From positions 2,356,001 through 2,420,000 of the forward strand of contig JAYWIR010000002.1 of the NCBI GenBank assembly GCA_036172245.1: a stretch of 64,000 bases of DNA, given 5' to 3'. A model generated the notes under the pieces. That model did not search any database. It had not been told where the DNA came from and saw nothing but the letters and a program-made list of their open reading frames with translations. The DNA is from Raillietiella orientalis (Eukaryota). Position numbers and translations under genes: made by a program. Each line of letters opens with the position of its first letter. Position 1 is the first letter of the stretch. Below are positions 49,901 through 64,000 of this stretch, one piece after another.

Positions 49901-51357
49901 TAAGCAATTCAATATTAATTTGATAAAAGCATGATATCTGGGGTCTCCAGTCATCCCAGAACCTTTCATAGAGTGCCAAAGCACAGTTCCTAGACGTAAG
50001 CAGAACTGTGTTTGCGGTGAGCATAAAGTTGAGAACATGGTAAAAAATGATTTCTTCTGTTGCGAATAAGCTTAATTTTAACCAAAGAGCAGGAATACAT
50101 ATTATCATGGAATTATAAATGATGAGATTTCCGCTTGCTATAAAGAACTGAGAAAGAACCAGTATCCAGTTTACTATCTGTGAGAGTTAAATGTTTGTCT
50201 GAATAAACAGATAATTATAACCTTATGTGAAGGTTTGGCATAGTGTTTCTTGACTATGATCGTTTACGTATATAGATCAGGAAATATCTACAAGAAACTT
50301 TTGCTTGGTGGATTAATCAGCGAAGCAAGCCACAGAAACAGAAAAGGCACTACCTTTCACGAGCACTAGATTATCATTTTTTTTTTTTTGGAGGTAGTTA
50401 GATCGGTTCTGAGTAGTCTTCGTAAGCTCATAGAGAGTTATTTCAGCGAAAATCATGTTCCGATTGATTTACTCAGTTTTCTGAGGAATCTTTTAGCTTA
50501 CCTTCATAAGCAATATTAAAAAAATAAATCAGTTTGTGGCTCTTAGACGGTTTAGTTCAAGCTGTCTTCCATCCTAATACAAGAAGCAGACTATTGAGAA
50601 TAAACAACTTTCTAGGATGCCATTTTTTCATAATTAATGATTTAATCAGCCTTCTAAGGTTGTACTTTATGTTACCTTCTGTTTCTACGTTAAACCATCT
50701 CATTCCAGGGACCTCTCCAGTTTTCTGCCAGTTTTGGAGAAAACACTGATGCTAGTGTGGTCACCTTTCTAAATGTGATGCTTCATACAGAAGCGTGACT
50801 TTGAAGTTAATTAATAAAATATGATTTGTTAATAGTCAAAAAATCATTTGCTATGTTTGTAGAACATTGAGTCTACTTTCTAATAGTTCATCTTCAAAAA
50901 ATAAAAATTAAAAAGTCGGAGTAAATAATAATTATAATCTGGAAACCAAAAGAATTATAACCATTTTGTATTAGAATGCATAAGTTATGTATGAAATGAA
51001 CAGAGTAAAAAAGTCGAAAGCAAAATTTGGCATGAAAACGACTTATACATCTTGGCATATTTTCTGACTTGCAATGCAGCCGGAGTAGGGAAGTAACAGA
51101 AATCAGAAATTTTAATCAACGTTTTACAAAGTTCAAATAATAGAATTTAATTCAAATATGTGTTATCCAAAACAAAGTCAAATTAATTATTCAAATTTGC
51201 TTATAGGTGGGGAAGTCTTTGATGTCCTGCAATGGTTGTAGGAACGCATGCTTATGGCAATCGTGTCGGAAGAATGGAGGGTAGGTGAAGCAGTGGTTAT
51301 GTGCATGATTCTGCCAGGACAAATTCGTGAATACATTAAATAAATGGCTCATTAAAC

Positions 51358-53260
51358 ATGTCACAAGCAACGAAACTGAAACATGTTTCTCGAGAAATCC
51401 TGACGGAGTATTATGTACCCAATGAGGCTGCAAAACAGTCGATTGTTCAGGTAATTAATTATTAGTATTGTATTATGAGTGAATGGTCATGTGTCTATGA
51501 AACATGCATATTTTATTCCAAAGATCGATATCAGTGACAGTGTCGCTATGTATTGTTACTTGTTACTGAGTGCCGCAAGGTAAATAGCTAATTGATTTTC
51601 TAAGAGTTCATTTGTAAAACTTGGCTGTCTTGTATGAAGTAGCCCAGGGATGTTATTGACCTTAGTACTAATTTGAAATAGAATCCAAACTTGTTTTAGC
51701 ATCGAGTTTGTCGATGTATTTTTTGTTGTCACGGTAGAATTTGAAAGGTTTAGAATGTTGCAGGTGCACAAATTAAATTGATTTGGGTTTCTGTTTCTGT
51801 GTGATAAAAGCTAATATTTTACGTAATTTGTTCCGGAGTTGTGTGAATTCAAGGTAGTTTTTCATTTAAGTGTGGAGTAAGCACTTTCATTTGTAAATGT
51901 ACAATGATAAAAGTGCTTTGTGTATGCTATGTAAGTAAGCATACATAGTACATAATTGTGAAACGAAAGATGCCTTAATTGTAAGGCTTTTAATTTGTTT
52001 GTGCTGCGCAAGTAAGTTGTAAATTGAAAATCAACTTTTGAAAGCAGTGAGTCGACTGAGGGAAAATATAAGTCACACTTAATGTACATAGTGATGTACC
52101 CATTGGAATCATTATTAAACATTTTGATTATAAAACTTAATTGGCATATGAACAGATACGGATTAGCACCCAAGCAGAAGAAATTTGTATTATTCTTTCA
52201 CTGTTAGCTAGAATACTTGTTTGTTGCATAATTTGATTTGTTACTGCGAATCATTTCAGTTGCAGTTTTGTCAATACACTGGAAGCAATACTGTAAGGAT
52301 TTGAAAAAATGGTGAAAGAAGTATATGTTTAAGTGCATGCTATTCTCACCCTGAAAACAAATGACACCTTGATTCTATTTGAGATGCTTTTAAAAATGTA
52401 AAAACAAAAGTGAAATAGGTATCTTTTAGGGAATAAATTTTTTTAACTTGTTTGGATTATGTTTGAGCTTTTTCTAATTAAACATACATTGCTGTTTTGT
52501 TCACTTGGATGTTTGCATTTTGAATGTTCTTGAATTCCAAAATTTTGTTTATCAAGTGAATGGGAATTTCGAGTATTTGCTATATTTTGCTTGTTTCATA
52601 ATTTTAATATATGCTTTGCTTTCAACTTTTGTTAGTGCTACTCTGTGTAGAAGTTTTAAATGTATGCATGTGAAATGTTCTTATAAATGTCTTATAAATT
52701 AATATATTATTTGAATAAATTTGTTTTGCTTTTCTGGTTTTTGCCTTTACTGCATCGAGCATTTTCTATTAAAAAAAAAGTTTAATGATTAATTTCTTAT
52801 TAGTCCTGAGAATTATATAATTTAATTGTGTTTTTAGGTAGTTGAAGGATTAGGAAATAACCTTCATCGAGTTAAAAATGTTGCAGGAGAATCATTTTTG
52901 GTGTCAATGCCAACAAAGTTTCGAAAAAAAGTATGGGTCAAAAGAGGTGATTATGTTGTTGTGGAACCAATTCAGGAAGGTGAGAAAGTAAAGGCTGAAA
53001 TAGTGAAAATTTTATACAAACACCATATAAAATATCTTAAAAACCTTGGTTTATGGTGAGTGCAATAATAAAAGTATGCAGCATAAATACCTTATAAAAT
53101 TAGGCCTTCAGCATTTGATAGCCCACATGTCCAAATCGAAAATTCAGATACTGAATTATCTGAAATACAACCCAATCCCAATAGGCAACCATCATTCTAT
53201 GGAGCATTTAGTGATGATGAATCAAGCAGTACCTTGAGTGCAGAAGAATGTGAAAGTTAA
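51358..53260 (+). CDS. EIF1AD: Probable RNA-binding protein EIF1AD (eIF1A/S1-like domain), about 155 aa
   Basis: Exons 51358-51450, 52838-53055 and 53104-53260 (GT-AG) give 'MSQATKLKHVSREILTEYYVP...IVQ|VVEGLGNNLHRV...FLVSMPTKFRKKVWVKRGDYVVVEPIQEGEKVKAEIVKIL...GLW|PSAF...PNPNR' and an acidic tail. Confidence 0.95.
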
Positions 53261-54251
53261 CTTGTGATATGTTCTCTCACAACTCATTTCAATATCATAT
53301 TTCTCCAAGAAATTAAGTTTTTGAAGAATAAATGAAAATGAATTGTATTTTTGTTTGCCGGTAAGATATGTTTGTTTGAGGTGTTCTATGGATTGAAGAG
53401 AAGACTCTCCAACATGGCATTTTTCTGTTTGGTAACCTTAACAACCTTAACCTGTCTATCTTAAGAATTCTTTGAATGAAAAGATTTATTGAGTGTGGAA
53501 AGTTGGATAATTTTTTGAATCCTGTTGAGAAATGGATGAGAAAAGTATACATGAGAACAACTATGAACGTTTTTATTTTTTATGTATGCCATGGGTTTTG
53601 CACATTTTTGGTTCTTTTTTTTTTTTTTCATTCTCTTAATTAGGCTAAAAGTGATTGTGCTTGTGTATTGGCTCCTGATCAATGGCTCTCTCCTGTTAAC
53701 GCTAATGTTCATATATAAAGTGGGGCGAACGTTGTCCTGGTTGCACAACGTGCATTAATTTCAAAGGCACCAGTAAGGCTTGCAGCATTTGTAGTAATTG
53801 AATTTTTTTTCACCCGTTATGATTTGAAAGTAGTTTGTTTGAAGTCGACCTCTTCATGTGCTCTTTTGAGAATTCAGCCAGTCAGTGATGTGGAAAAGTA
53901 AAATGCGAACACTCAATAATCTACACATCAAAGGGCTTTTTATAATTCATCCATGAAGCATTTTTAACAAATCGTTGAAATCCGTGATGTAGGTCATAGA
54001 AGAGCATATAATTAAAAAAAAGTCTTATTTCAAACAAAGAAATTAATGAAAAGCTAAGCAAAAATTGATCACGTGCACTTAAAAAGCTTTTTCTATCTTC
54101 CCGTGAACACATTCGTTTGCTAGGACATGACATTTACTTCAGTCTGTCTCCAAGCAGCTGCATTTGATCCTATCGTGGCTATTTGCATTACTGCTTTTCA
54201 CACATCTGTCACTTTTCCTGAAGCTTCTTGGCAGCAATGTGCTTGATATCT

Positions 54252-56650
54252 TTAAGAAACTCCAGCCCGAAAACCGTCCTCTGGGTTCCACCACAGGACA
54301 TAAATGACAAAGCAAGCGTCAGTCTGCTGATTCCGATTAGCCCACTGTACGCGAAATTGTGCTCGAAGAAGAGTTCTCAACAAGGCGACTAGATAGCGGA
54401 TGTCCTCCGTCTTAAAACGATGTTCCAGTTTCAGTTCTTGAAGCTGTGATGGCAAGAATGGTTCCAACCGATTTACATACTCTATTCTAGTCTTCAGCTT
54501 CTCTTGCACGAGGAAGACCCGCTTGTGTGGTCACTCATCAGAGTACACCTCCTTTCCTGCTTTGCTTTAATTCGCGGCAGCCACATGTGAAGAGCGAGCC
54601 ACATCTCGTGTCCAAACGCGGGGCAGCTGTCCTGAAAAAATGAAATTTTTCCATTTGGCAGCAGCATGTCTCCGCAAGGTCTGCTATCCGTGATGCACAC
54701 CGAAAAATGAAACTTCGGTGTACTGTACATATTAGAATACCAGTTCAATTCACAGTTTGTGTTCATGAAGCCCAATACGTTTACAGAGCAGCTTGAGGAC
54801 CACGAGTGTGGTATCTGTAGTGTGGTATCGTACGAAATTCTCTCCTTTGAAGCATCGCAGGAGCTAATTTGTTGATTTAGACCTCCACAGATCGTAGTGC
54901 CCGTTGTACAGTTGTGATTCTGAAAAGTTTACTGAGGACATGCGAAACTATACGCTGACAACGTACGAAATTCGAATTTTTCCTCTCTTTGAGAAGAGGG
55001 TTGTTTTATTGGTTCCCACAATCCAATTTTTCCACTCTTTGATATTATCTGTGAACCCTGTACATTCGGAATAACAACGTATATTGGCAACCAGTGTTGC
55101 TGTTTCGTTGGTCGTGTTTCCGTTACCTGAAAGCTGTCACCTGGTTTTTCAGTTGTATTAAAGGAGAAATTATGTGAAAATTGTTTCTAGAAAATATCAC
55201 ATGGAACTTAAAAGCCGTCTTCCCCGACAAATCTTAATTTAATAACTTCCATTTCCATTAACGTTCTATGATCCATGCTATATCACGACATTAATAGAGG
55301 CAACACAATATAGTAAGCAACACAATAATAAATTGCAAGCAATATGCATTATTTATTATGATTGCTAGTAGTTCTGAGTTTAGGGTTGCCATGCAGCCGT
55401 GTCTTAGTGAAAAACAAGGAGCAGTCCTATGGCGGTTTTGTAAACAAATGCCTTATTTGTGTACTGCAAAACATTTATTTTTTATTTTAAGCAACCGAAT
55501 ATAATTCTTGGACATCGAAGTAAAGAGTTATTAAGATTATTATCGATTATTCTTGTAATCAAATTCAAGGTATCCTAAATGACTTGGTACTTGACTATCT
55601 CTATTTTCTTACTTTCTGGGAATAGCAAATGTATCCACTTGCCTCCACAAACACAGTACTTCTGTTCTGACACGGAAGATCAAATTTTATCCAATTCAAA
55701 TTCTGTGAACAGAATGACTTTCGAAATCTTCAGTTTGTTGGAAGATATCTGGTAAGGCCATTTCGGAAATGACCCGAATAGGAAGGTGCTGTATGAATTT
55801 CCACCTAAGATTCGTGGATAACCAGTTAAGGAATAGTTTTCTATTCCAGTTATTGATCCCTGCAAGCAATAAAGCTTACTATTAATCGGTCGTGCAGCTT
55901 TCACTTTTCATCATTTTGTGAGATACAAAAATGCTGCTGCACGGTGTTTACTTGCTCAAGTAAGCACAAGTTATAATATGCTCTTGAGATCTTGTGGTTG
56001 AATTTTCAATGTCGTAATTTTTTGTAATTCCACAGTTAAGAACGGTAATGTTGCAAGCATTTATGGCGAATTAGGATCTCACAACATCGGAGATTCCTAA
56101 GCTGATATATCATGGTTTTTCGGTTTAAAAGGTGAAGACGTAGGTTTCGTACCACTGCATTCATCCGGGTCAAAAGGCGAATTCTATCCCACTTGTAGAA
56201 AAAGTATTGTGGAAATACAGACAAAGGGGAAAAGTTTTGCTCCTTCATTAAATCTGATGAAAATCTGATACTGCTACTCTCATTGCTAATACTGTCTTAT
56301 CCCTGCATGGTTTCGTAAGACCTACAACTGCAAAATGGCCACCACTAAGTATCTGTCAAATACATCCTTTCTAGTTCTCGGCATTTATTCCTCTATTCGA
56401 GCAATTGTGGTTACCAACACATTTCGTCATCTGCTGTGCACCTTTCTACTTTCGCATACCTTCGAATAAGACGAATATGTTTATTCGAATATAACTGAAT
56501 TCGTCTCCGAGTTTTCAACAAAAATTTCCAAGGAAAACTTTGTGCAGCCATTTCAGTTTTCCGTACTAATTGAACATAAAAGTGTGACCATACAAAATTA
56601 AGGGTTGCCGTGAAGTAAAGCCTATGAGAAACTGAATGCATATGAGAAAT
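54252..56650 (-). other. Possible multi-exon gene of unknown function
   Basis: Protein-like short frames ('EKLKTRIEYVNRLEPFLPSQLQELKLEH...', 'INNWNRKLFLNWLSTNLRWKF...') lie next to minus-strand acceptors near 54632 and 55860. No full model and no recognised family. Confidence 0.25.
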
Positions 56651-58238
56651 CAGCAATCATCTTGACGATTAAATGGATTTCTGAAAATTATGGATCGTGC
56701 TTCTGTTTATGCTCACCAAAAATAATTTTTGCTTGACGCACTGAGGGGTAAAAAATAATTACAAAATCTGATTCGTGCAAGTGTACGTTGGGAAGTTATT
56801 TGCTCTCTTCATTTAAATGCGAAAAGTAGCAGTCCCATGAAGACATAATCTTTAGATGCATATTTACTTGTGATTCTTTTTCACGATTTGCAATTTATTT
56901 TTCATCTTTCCAAAGTCTAGTTGATTTTACTCCTTGAATTTTCTCAAGTGTAATCTATTTAAATGTTGAAATAAAGTCCGGTCCTTCCTTGTTTATAACG
57001 TGCCCAAATTCATTTCTCAAAACAATTCATCAGCATCTTTCAAATGAGGCCTTGCAAACAGCTGTGGATTGAAAAATTAAGGAAAATACTTAGAATCTGC
57101 GTCTTTCGCTATTTGTTGATGATGTAATTATAAAGGAATTGGCTATTCGTTGTTATGATAAAGCAGTTGGGGTGACGTCTTGATGGCTTCATTTCCAGGA
57201 GATGCTGTACGCTAACATTGGATTATTCTAGAAACAGGCGTACCTTAATATTAACTGAACATGCTTTGCTTGGCGTCTTAAGCTTTATTACTTGTCAGTT
57301 AGTAAATCTTAATCTTCGGATGTTTTCGATTCTATTTCAGTGTCTCGGAAAAAAATGTTTTCTCAACATTTAATGAAAATCATTCATCCTATTTTTTCAC
57401 TAACTTTTTACAATACAATTTTATAACAAGTTGTTTGGTTTCGTATAAATTCAGAAACACCAGTTTGGTGCTTAACACATTCTTTTAAATTGGAATCGTA
57501 CGTGTGCTTTCGAAGGTTTTCTTATCGGATTAAGCATTTTTCACTTTAACGAATAAATCGCTGACTCTCGTGTTTCCAAGTAGAAAGTATGACAAAACTA
57601 GCAACGGAGACTGCATCTGCACTCCAGAGTTCAGGCATTTCAAAATGCGCGTATTTTGAACTCTGAGTTTCTCGTATCCATCTGAAAATTGCATTTTAGG
57701 CAAATGTGCGTTGGTCCAGTACTGATTTAGTCAGGAAACTGCAGGCGGAAGACGTGTGAGGCATGAGCGATGCTTCAGCGTTATTACCGTCCACTTATTT
57801 TTGCAATCGCATCGCAAGAAAGTTGGCTGCAGAGGAATCCTCTGAAAGGACACGTTATGCAATCGTTATCTCAAACCGATACACGATTGTGTTTGAACTG
57901 TACGCAGGCTTCGTGATGATCAGTTTGCAGAGGTTTGGGTAAGGGCACGTCGTGTGAACACTCATCCATCCGGGGGATGCAAACCTGAAATCTGAGCTGC
58001 GTGAAGTGTTTTTGAGAGAATACAACGAACTCATTTTTCTCGGAAGTCAGCTTTCATCCTTCCTGCCTCATGGCCGTTGCCTTTACAGTTTATTTTTCCC
58101 GTTTACAGATACTCATACATGTGTTCCTGAACGTGAAGATGGGAAGACGAGCTTTACGGCTTTCTTTCTTTCGTGATCGCACAGTGGCAGAGGGAAGCTT
58201 CTTTTCCTTACTGGTACGATTGGCCGAACCGGGATCAA

Positions 58239-61200
58239 TCAGTAATCAGGATCCGGAAGCGGTAGAAAAGCTTTCTCGAGGTTGTGATGCTTTAGGAAAC
58301 TTTCTTTTCTGTTTGTGATTTCTTTGGACTTTTTCAGGATCTCTTCGTTTGCTTCTTTCAACTGTTCAGGAAACAAGTAACTCCACGGTCTATGGTGCCT
58401 CTGAAATTCTTCACTAGATCGATGTGTGTTTTCGTATGGCATCGGAGATTCCCTGAACGGAAGGCAGCAAAGGAGTAAAAAAAAAAAACAGCCAGAGACG
58501 AAATACCTGTGTTCTGGAATCGTGGCAAGGACTGGGGTCTGCTTCGCCACGTAGGAAGCAAGCGGTACCTCCAACTGCTCTGCGTCTTCTGGATACCCAA
58601 GTCTCCTTTGACTGGGGGTCTCATCTGCATGGAAAGTGAGGCTTGAAGCGTCTTGGACTGATTCAGAAGCAATGTGCCTAGATTTCTGGTGGTAGATACA
58701 CGTTACTACATGTCTAGACTTAACATCCGCGTGCTACCGTAAATGCTATTTTCTTCTTGGTGAAATCAAATTTAACCACGAAAATAGCTAAACAGCACCA
58801 GAGGATAACATTTCCGCAGAGGATCAGAGCGAGGATCAGAAGAGATAGGAACCGCCGGAGTGTTTTCTCCAGATCCACTTCGTAGAAAAGTGCATCATCT
58901 GATAAAAGGACCACAAGGGTAGCGATGTATTCGACGGCTATGTGAATCACCGTCACAATTTGCCATAAACTGATGCGTGACGTGGAATTCTTTCTAAGCC
59001 CTGAAAAATGCAAAGTTGTTTACGAGGCATTCCCTCACTGAAGAAGAAACCACCACGTCTTGGGCACTTTCAGTGACTGCGGTCGTAAGAGTCCAGAGTC
59101 GGCTAAAGAGTAGTGCCGACTCTGCACTCATCTGAGTAACTTTGTGCGTATCAGGGCGGTATCGAAGCGAAGCTAAAATGATTTCAAGTTCTGTGATCAG
59201 AGTTTCTTCATCCTGAAAGATCCGTATACGTTGGAATCATGAGCATATATCTTTCTGAGTTGTAGAAGTTTGACTTCGCTTTCCATGAGTACATGTTGGC
59301 ATGTATACACGGAAAACGTATACACGTAGCTTTGTTCCTCTTAGGGAACCAGCTGGTCGAAAAGTTCCCACCAAATTTACAAACAAACTCAATCCAATCC
59401 CGAAGGCCAATTTCGTTTGCTAATAAACCAGAGCTCCGGACAAAAGTCTCCGAATGCTTAAAAATGAAACAGGCAGTTTCGCTTTTAAGCGTTTTTTTTT
59501 TCCTCGGAGATAACAAAAATGGAATCTTTTCATTGATGGAATTATCTCATTTTGAGTTGCTTTTCTTTGTTACTTGATTTGTCCCTATCTGTTCTTCTAG
59601 GAAGAAGTGCTAAGTGCTCATTATATTGTACTTTTGATGGGAGACAAAATGACAGCTTGACCGCAGATATATCGGCTATGTTCCAGATGCAGGGGATTTC
59701 GTTCTTGTCTTGGAATCCCTTGGAATGATCCAGGAATTTCACTCGCGCACAATATACATGAACTCATAATCCTTATAGTCCTCATAATCAATTTTCCTTG
59801 ATGAACTCATCACACCTTCCGGTCACCCTCTATGCTTTCTGATTTCCAGCTGAGATCCACGGATATATCTATTTTGAAAAATTAAGCAACCTTCCCACTT
59901 TATCTTTAATGTAGTTATCAAATGTACATATCTTTTCATTGATGCTCACCAACTATCTTTCATCTCATTCAGTGTTTTTCTTTTTTTTTTCATTCACATT
60001 ATGCTATTCATGATGTGAAGAAAAAAAAAAAAATTCATACACTTTTGGAAGATTCCACTTCTTGTACCTTTGGGATATCTGTCGAGTCTCCTGCAAAACT
60101 CAATAGGCTTTGTCGGTTCTCTTTCAATTGAATAATATCCATTTCAAAAAGAATAGAGAGGCATAATACAAAATATCATTAGCTAGGAATGATTCAATTT
60201 AGTCAAGAGTTCAGCAAGTTTCAGTTTCAGCAGTTTTTTTTTTTTCTTCTGAACCCTGCTTCCTGAACGAAGCTGACTCTTCCTGGTGTGTCTCATGTTA
60301 CACAGAGTCCCTCACTCAGGTTCATCATACCCGATCATTCTGTGGACGAAACGGATCTGCCGTGTCTGGTCTGCGGGAAGAATCTTCGGATGACGGAAGT
60401 TTGATTTTTTTTCGAATTTTCCCCTCAAAGTCCAGCGGACTACCGGCCTTCCTCTGCGAATGCCGCCCAGGTCCGCCTTCTTGCGCAGAGGGTTTTCCGG
60501 TTGCCTTCCAGCGGGATCCGCGGGTGTTTTGATGCAGCTCCGCAGAGGATGCCGGCATGCGAGCATCCTCTTTGTTCGATCGGAAGCAGAGTCTGTCTCC
60601 TACACACATGCCTTTTTTGTCATCAGATGACTGATGATATTCTTTATCCATGCTGGAAATGATGGGGGGTCCCACAATCCGGCGAACAGCATCCTGCTGA
60701 TGCTCGCATTCCGTTTTGCTTGGAACTCGCTGAGATGCCGTTGCTTGCCATGGTTAATCGTTATGGTTAATTGGAACTGAAACAGATGTACAGTCTTGCC
60801 TCCTGAGCGTACAATGGCGTGCGTGCGTGCGTGTGTTTTCCTGAAAAATCAATGCATGAGGCCGCCTGGTAGTCGGCCATAATGCGAGGGATTAGTGAAA
60901 GCACTTCGTAGAATTTTCGAGGGATTGCGAGAGGTCTCTGGAACAGAGCAAAGGAAACGTTGCCGCATAAGAACAACCGGCTGCAGACTTTTGTATTCCG
61001 TTTCCTGTTTTCCTGTTAGAGAATCAAGCAGAGAATTTCGAGGCATTCCGTTAGCCCAGTTCCGTACCAAACACAGTTGCCAACACACTAAGTTACCTTG
61101 AATGAGAAGAACTGTTGCTGTGATCCATATGAAGTCGAGGCAAAGTAAAGAGCAGGCGAAGATGAGTATCAGCAGAGGGTATGTTAGGTGACTGTCGCCG

Positions 61201-61242
61201 AACCCGGAGCACGACGGTCCTTTCGTATCAAGTTTAGAGTTT
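58239..61242 (-). CDS. Multi-pass membrane protein (tetraspan, DUF4728/LAPTM-like architecture), 5' partial
   Basis: Exons about 61097-61242, 58738-59000, 58507-58685 and 58239-58452 splice in phase. They give 'LLILIFACSLLCLDFIWITATVLLIQG|LRKNSTSRISLWQIVTVIHIAVEYIATLVVLL...FLSLLILALILCGNVILWCCLAIFVV' (three helices seen) and a hydrophilic tail ending 'RPWSYLFP...LPDPDY'. The family assignment is inferred from topology. Confidence 0.7.
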
Positions 61243-62363
61243 CTTATGAATTCCAATCAATAAAAATACCAGCAATGTATTTCTCATACGAGTCGGACGA
61301 TTGTGGGAAGAACTCTTGAAAAGAATATTTGCATGTGTATCCCAAAACGAGTAGTACACGAAGTACAATTTGGAAAATGCCAACAGTCTAAAATTGGGGG
61401 AAAAAAAGTAGAAAAAAAAAAAAAAAAACTATGTTTTATGCAAGCACTTTTTTTTTCTTCAAATTAAGCAAATGATATGCAATTATTCCTTATTATTTGC
61501 AAATAATGCTCATACCCTTTCGCACTGATAATAGGAGTAGAGGAGTTTGACTTCCCGTTAAAGGAACGACCGTAGAACGAATAGCAACGGGGAAGCGCAT
61601 CCTGCTGTTTCCAAGGCATCTTTAAAGTGCTTTGGAAACGTGCAAAAGCACATCCTTCCCCCGAGCGGAGCCCATAGAGTTGATTTCGGTGGCACGCGGC
61701 GGTTTCTTTCGGGAACCCACTTCCCCACCGTGGTGTACCTGCGTGCGTTCACATGCTCTCCGTGCCTCCTAGAAGCACGGGCAATCGAAGTCGCGTTGCA
61801 AGGCAACGCGCGTCGACATCCCGGGAAGAAAGGGCGGGAATCGTTCGCGGATCGGGTCGAACTTTGCACAGGGAGAGTTACGCTGCGCCGGAATCGTTGG
61901 GGAAGGGGGGGGGGGGGAAGAGGAGAGGGCTCCGTTCGGTTTGAAGGAGCCGAAAGTGCTTACTTGACGTTTCACCCACGTCTGAGTCAATCAAACTGCC
62001 CCCTATCGAACCGGAAGATCCACACAGGGTAATGCGCGTTGCCAGTATGTGAGGTGCATCTGGTCCCCCTCGGTGTTGAGTCACTTCCTACCCCCTCCCC
62101 CGCCCGCAGGTCGACAGCTTGGGTCTCTCCGGCAGCGACCATCTAGAGGATTTCTTTCCGGGAACTGCCAACAGGTGTCGGCGCGAGCTCGGCGAGATCC
62201 CCCCCTCCCCCCCTTCAGTTTTCGTAGTTGACTCACGAAACTGGAACTCGACCACGGAATACTCTGAATGTCACAGGCACACTCTTTGCACTCTTTTCAC
62301 TCTTTGCAACAGTTTTCTTAAGCTATTTTTGGGGAAAAAAATTCGCTTTGCATCCCGACCTTC

Positions 62364-62425
<62 letters not shown>
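62364..62425. repeat. (ATT)n microsatellite
   Basis: About 20 perfect ATT units. Confidence 0.97.
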
Positions 62426-64000
62426 GTGTTTTGCTTTATTTTGTGAAATCTTGAATATTTTACGGCATTCCCGATCTTCCCTTCCCAAAGCCTCGATTCC
62501 CTAATTTCCGTATGCTTTGCTGATCAGTTTACGCGCCGCATAAACCAACGACATTCTTCGAGAGATTTCCAAAGGAACTTCTCCTAGAAGCGCCAACCAA
62601 CCAACAAACCACGTGCGGAATGCACTGTCCGTGGGTGCAAGGAAAACCGTTGAAGAACACGAGCATCAAGTAATCCACTCCGACCACCACTCGGAACGCT
62701 GCCTGCCACCTAGCTGCCGTGACGCGCGTGCACGCGCGAGCACACCTAACGGGGACCCGGGGGTCTGTCGGCGCTCTGATTCACATCTCGGGCTGCCCTT
62801 GCCCAACAGAGGACAACATCGATACAAGACCCTCTTTCAGTTTTTCGAAAGGGGGGTTCCGGTGGGGGGAGGATTTTTTCTGGACGGGATGATGATGGCC
62901 GGCGCCCTTGTTCTTGTGCCCCGTTGCCCTGGCGCGAGTTGGACTCCTAGGACCGGGGTCGCGGAAGAGGAAGGAGGGACGTTCGCCCGGTCGCGCTCGC
63001 TCCAAAGGAAGGAAAGCCCTCCCGCACGCGCGCTCGCGGACCGACGGACGAGATCCCCCCTCCACACTTGGTTGCGGGCTGCGGGAGCCCCCGACGAAGC
63101 GCGCCGGCGAGCCTCTGCCCTTCCCTGGGCGCTGCAGAGCACCCTAGCGGCCAGATGGAGTGCGACTCACCCCAGTTTTCGGTTCGCTTCGGCGGACGGG
63201 CCCGTGGACCATGTGGGCCGCAACGTGGGCCGCGTTGGGTGTCCGAATCCGACGACATGCCACCGAACGGTTCCGCGACAGTTGCTCTGCCGGAGTCCCC
63301 GCAAAAGTCCCCCCCTTCCGCGACTGCCGAGACAGCGTGGAAACGCGAAAGGGTGGGGGACAGGGATATGCAACCGGCAGGCGCCCCCTTTCTCCAGAAC
63401 GACTGTAGGCGTCCCAGAAACACTGCTTGCTAAACTTTGGGTAGGTGTCTTCGATAGGGCAATGTTGCTGTAAACAAACACCAATCGATATAGATGGACT
63501 CCAAGCCGCTCACATGCATCCGGCATGTAAGCAGTTTTGCTCTTTTCACACTGGAGCACTTTGTTCAGGGATTCTTCACGAGATGAAGAATTCTAAGAAC
63601 AGGGAATCCCAAACGCTTCGATATTTCGGGAACGCTTATCTGTTTACGTGGGGAGGTAAGCCTTGATTGCCTTGGTAGGGACTGAAAGCAGGTTCCCTTT
63701 TGCAAACTATTCTCTTAACTGAAGCACTAGTTGAAAAACCATCATCATTTATCACTTGATAAGCAGATACCTCCATCATGACAGTGGGAAAGACAACTCT
63801 TCTTTAGATCACAGATCATCTGCCTACAGTTCAACTTAAGAAAATGAACGCATGAGAGAATTCGGAAAGCACCAGCAGAAGCTGGAGAAAAAAAAAAAAA
63901 CAAGATGAAGGAGGACGGTAAAGAATGGATCTTTTTTTCGTAGAATCGTTTGTTTAGGATGATTTTGATCCAGTGTCTAAGGGAGGAATTATTTGTTTTG

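Noticed and set aside
1..64000. CRISPR array, rRNA, operons or telomeric repeat arrays
   Set aside because: No regularly spaced repeat-spacer pattern, rRNA signature or (TTAGG)n array was seen, and the genes are spliceosomal and eukaryotic.

Overview
Eukaryotic, most likely arthropod, genomic DNA in two compositional domains. The GC-rich domain (about 1-43 kb) holds two obstructor/CPAP3-family chitin-binding cuticle genes on the minus strand: an Obstructor-A-type gene and a Peritrophin-A/CPAP3-D-type gene. It also holds two adjacent decayed L1/Tx1-like non-LTR retrotransposon copies, microsatellites and several strong hairpins. The AT-rich domain (about 43.9-61.5 kb) holds compact genes with many very short (39-64 nt) GT-AG introns: a golgin GM130/GOLGA2 homologue (10 exons), EIF1AD (3 exons) and a multi-pass membrane protein gene. 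Most long ORFs in the supplied track are artefacts of high GC. All homologies were recognised by eye from motifs and no searches were run. I found no convincing entirely new biological system. The best leads are structure-conserved 3' UTR hairpins in the LINE copies, a strand-polarised pre-miRNA-like hairpin, a possible membrane-anchored Peritrophin-A and retainable in-frame linker introns.
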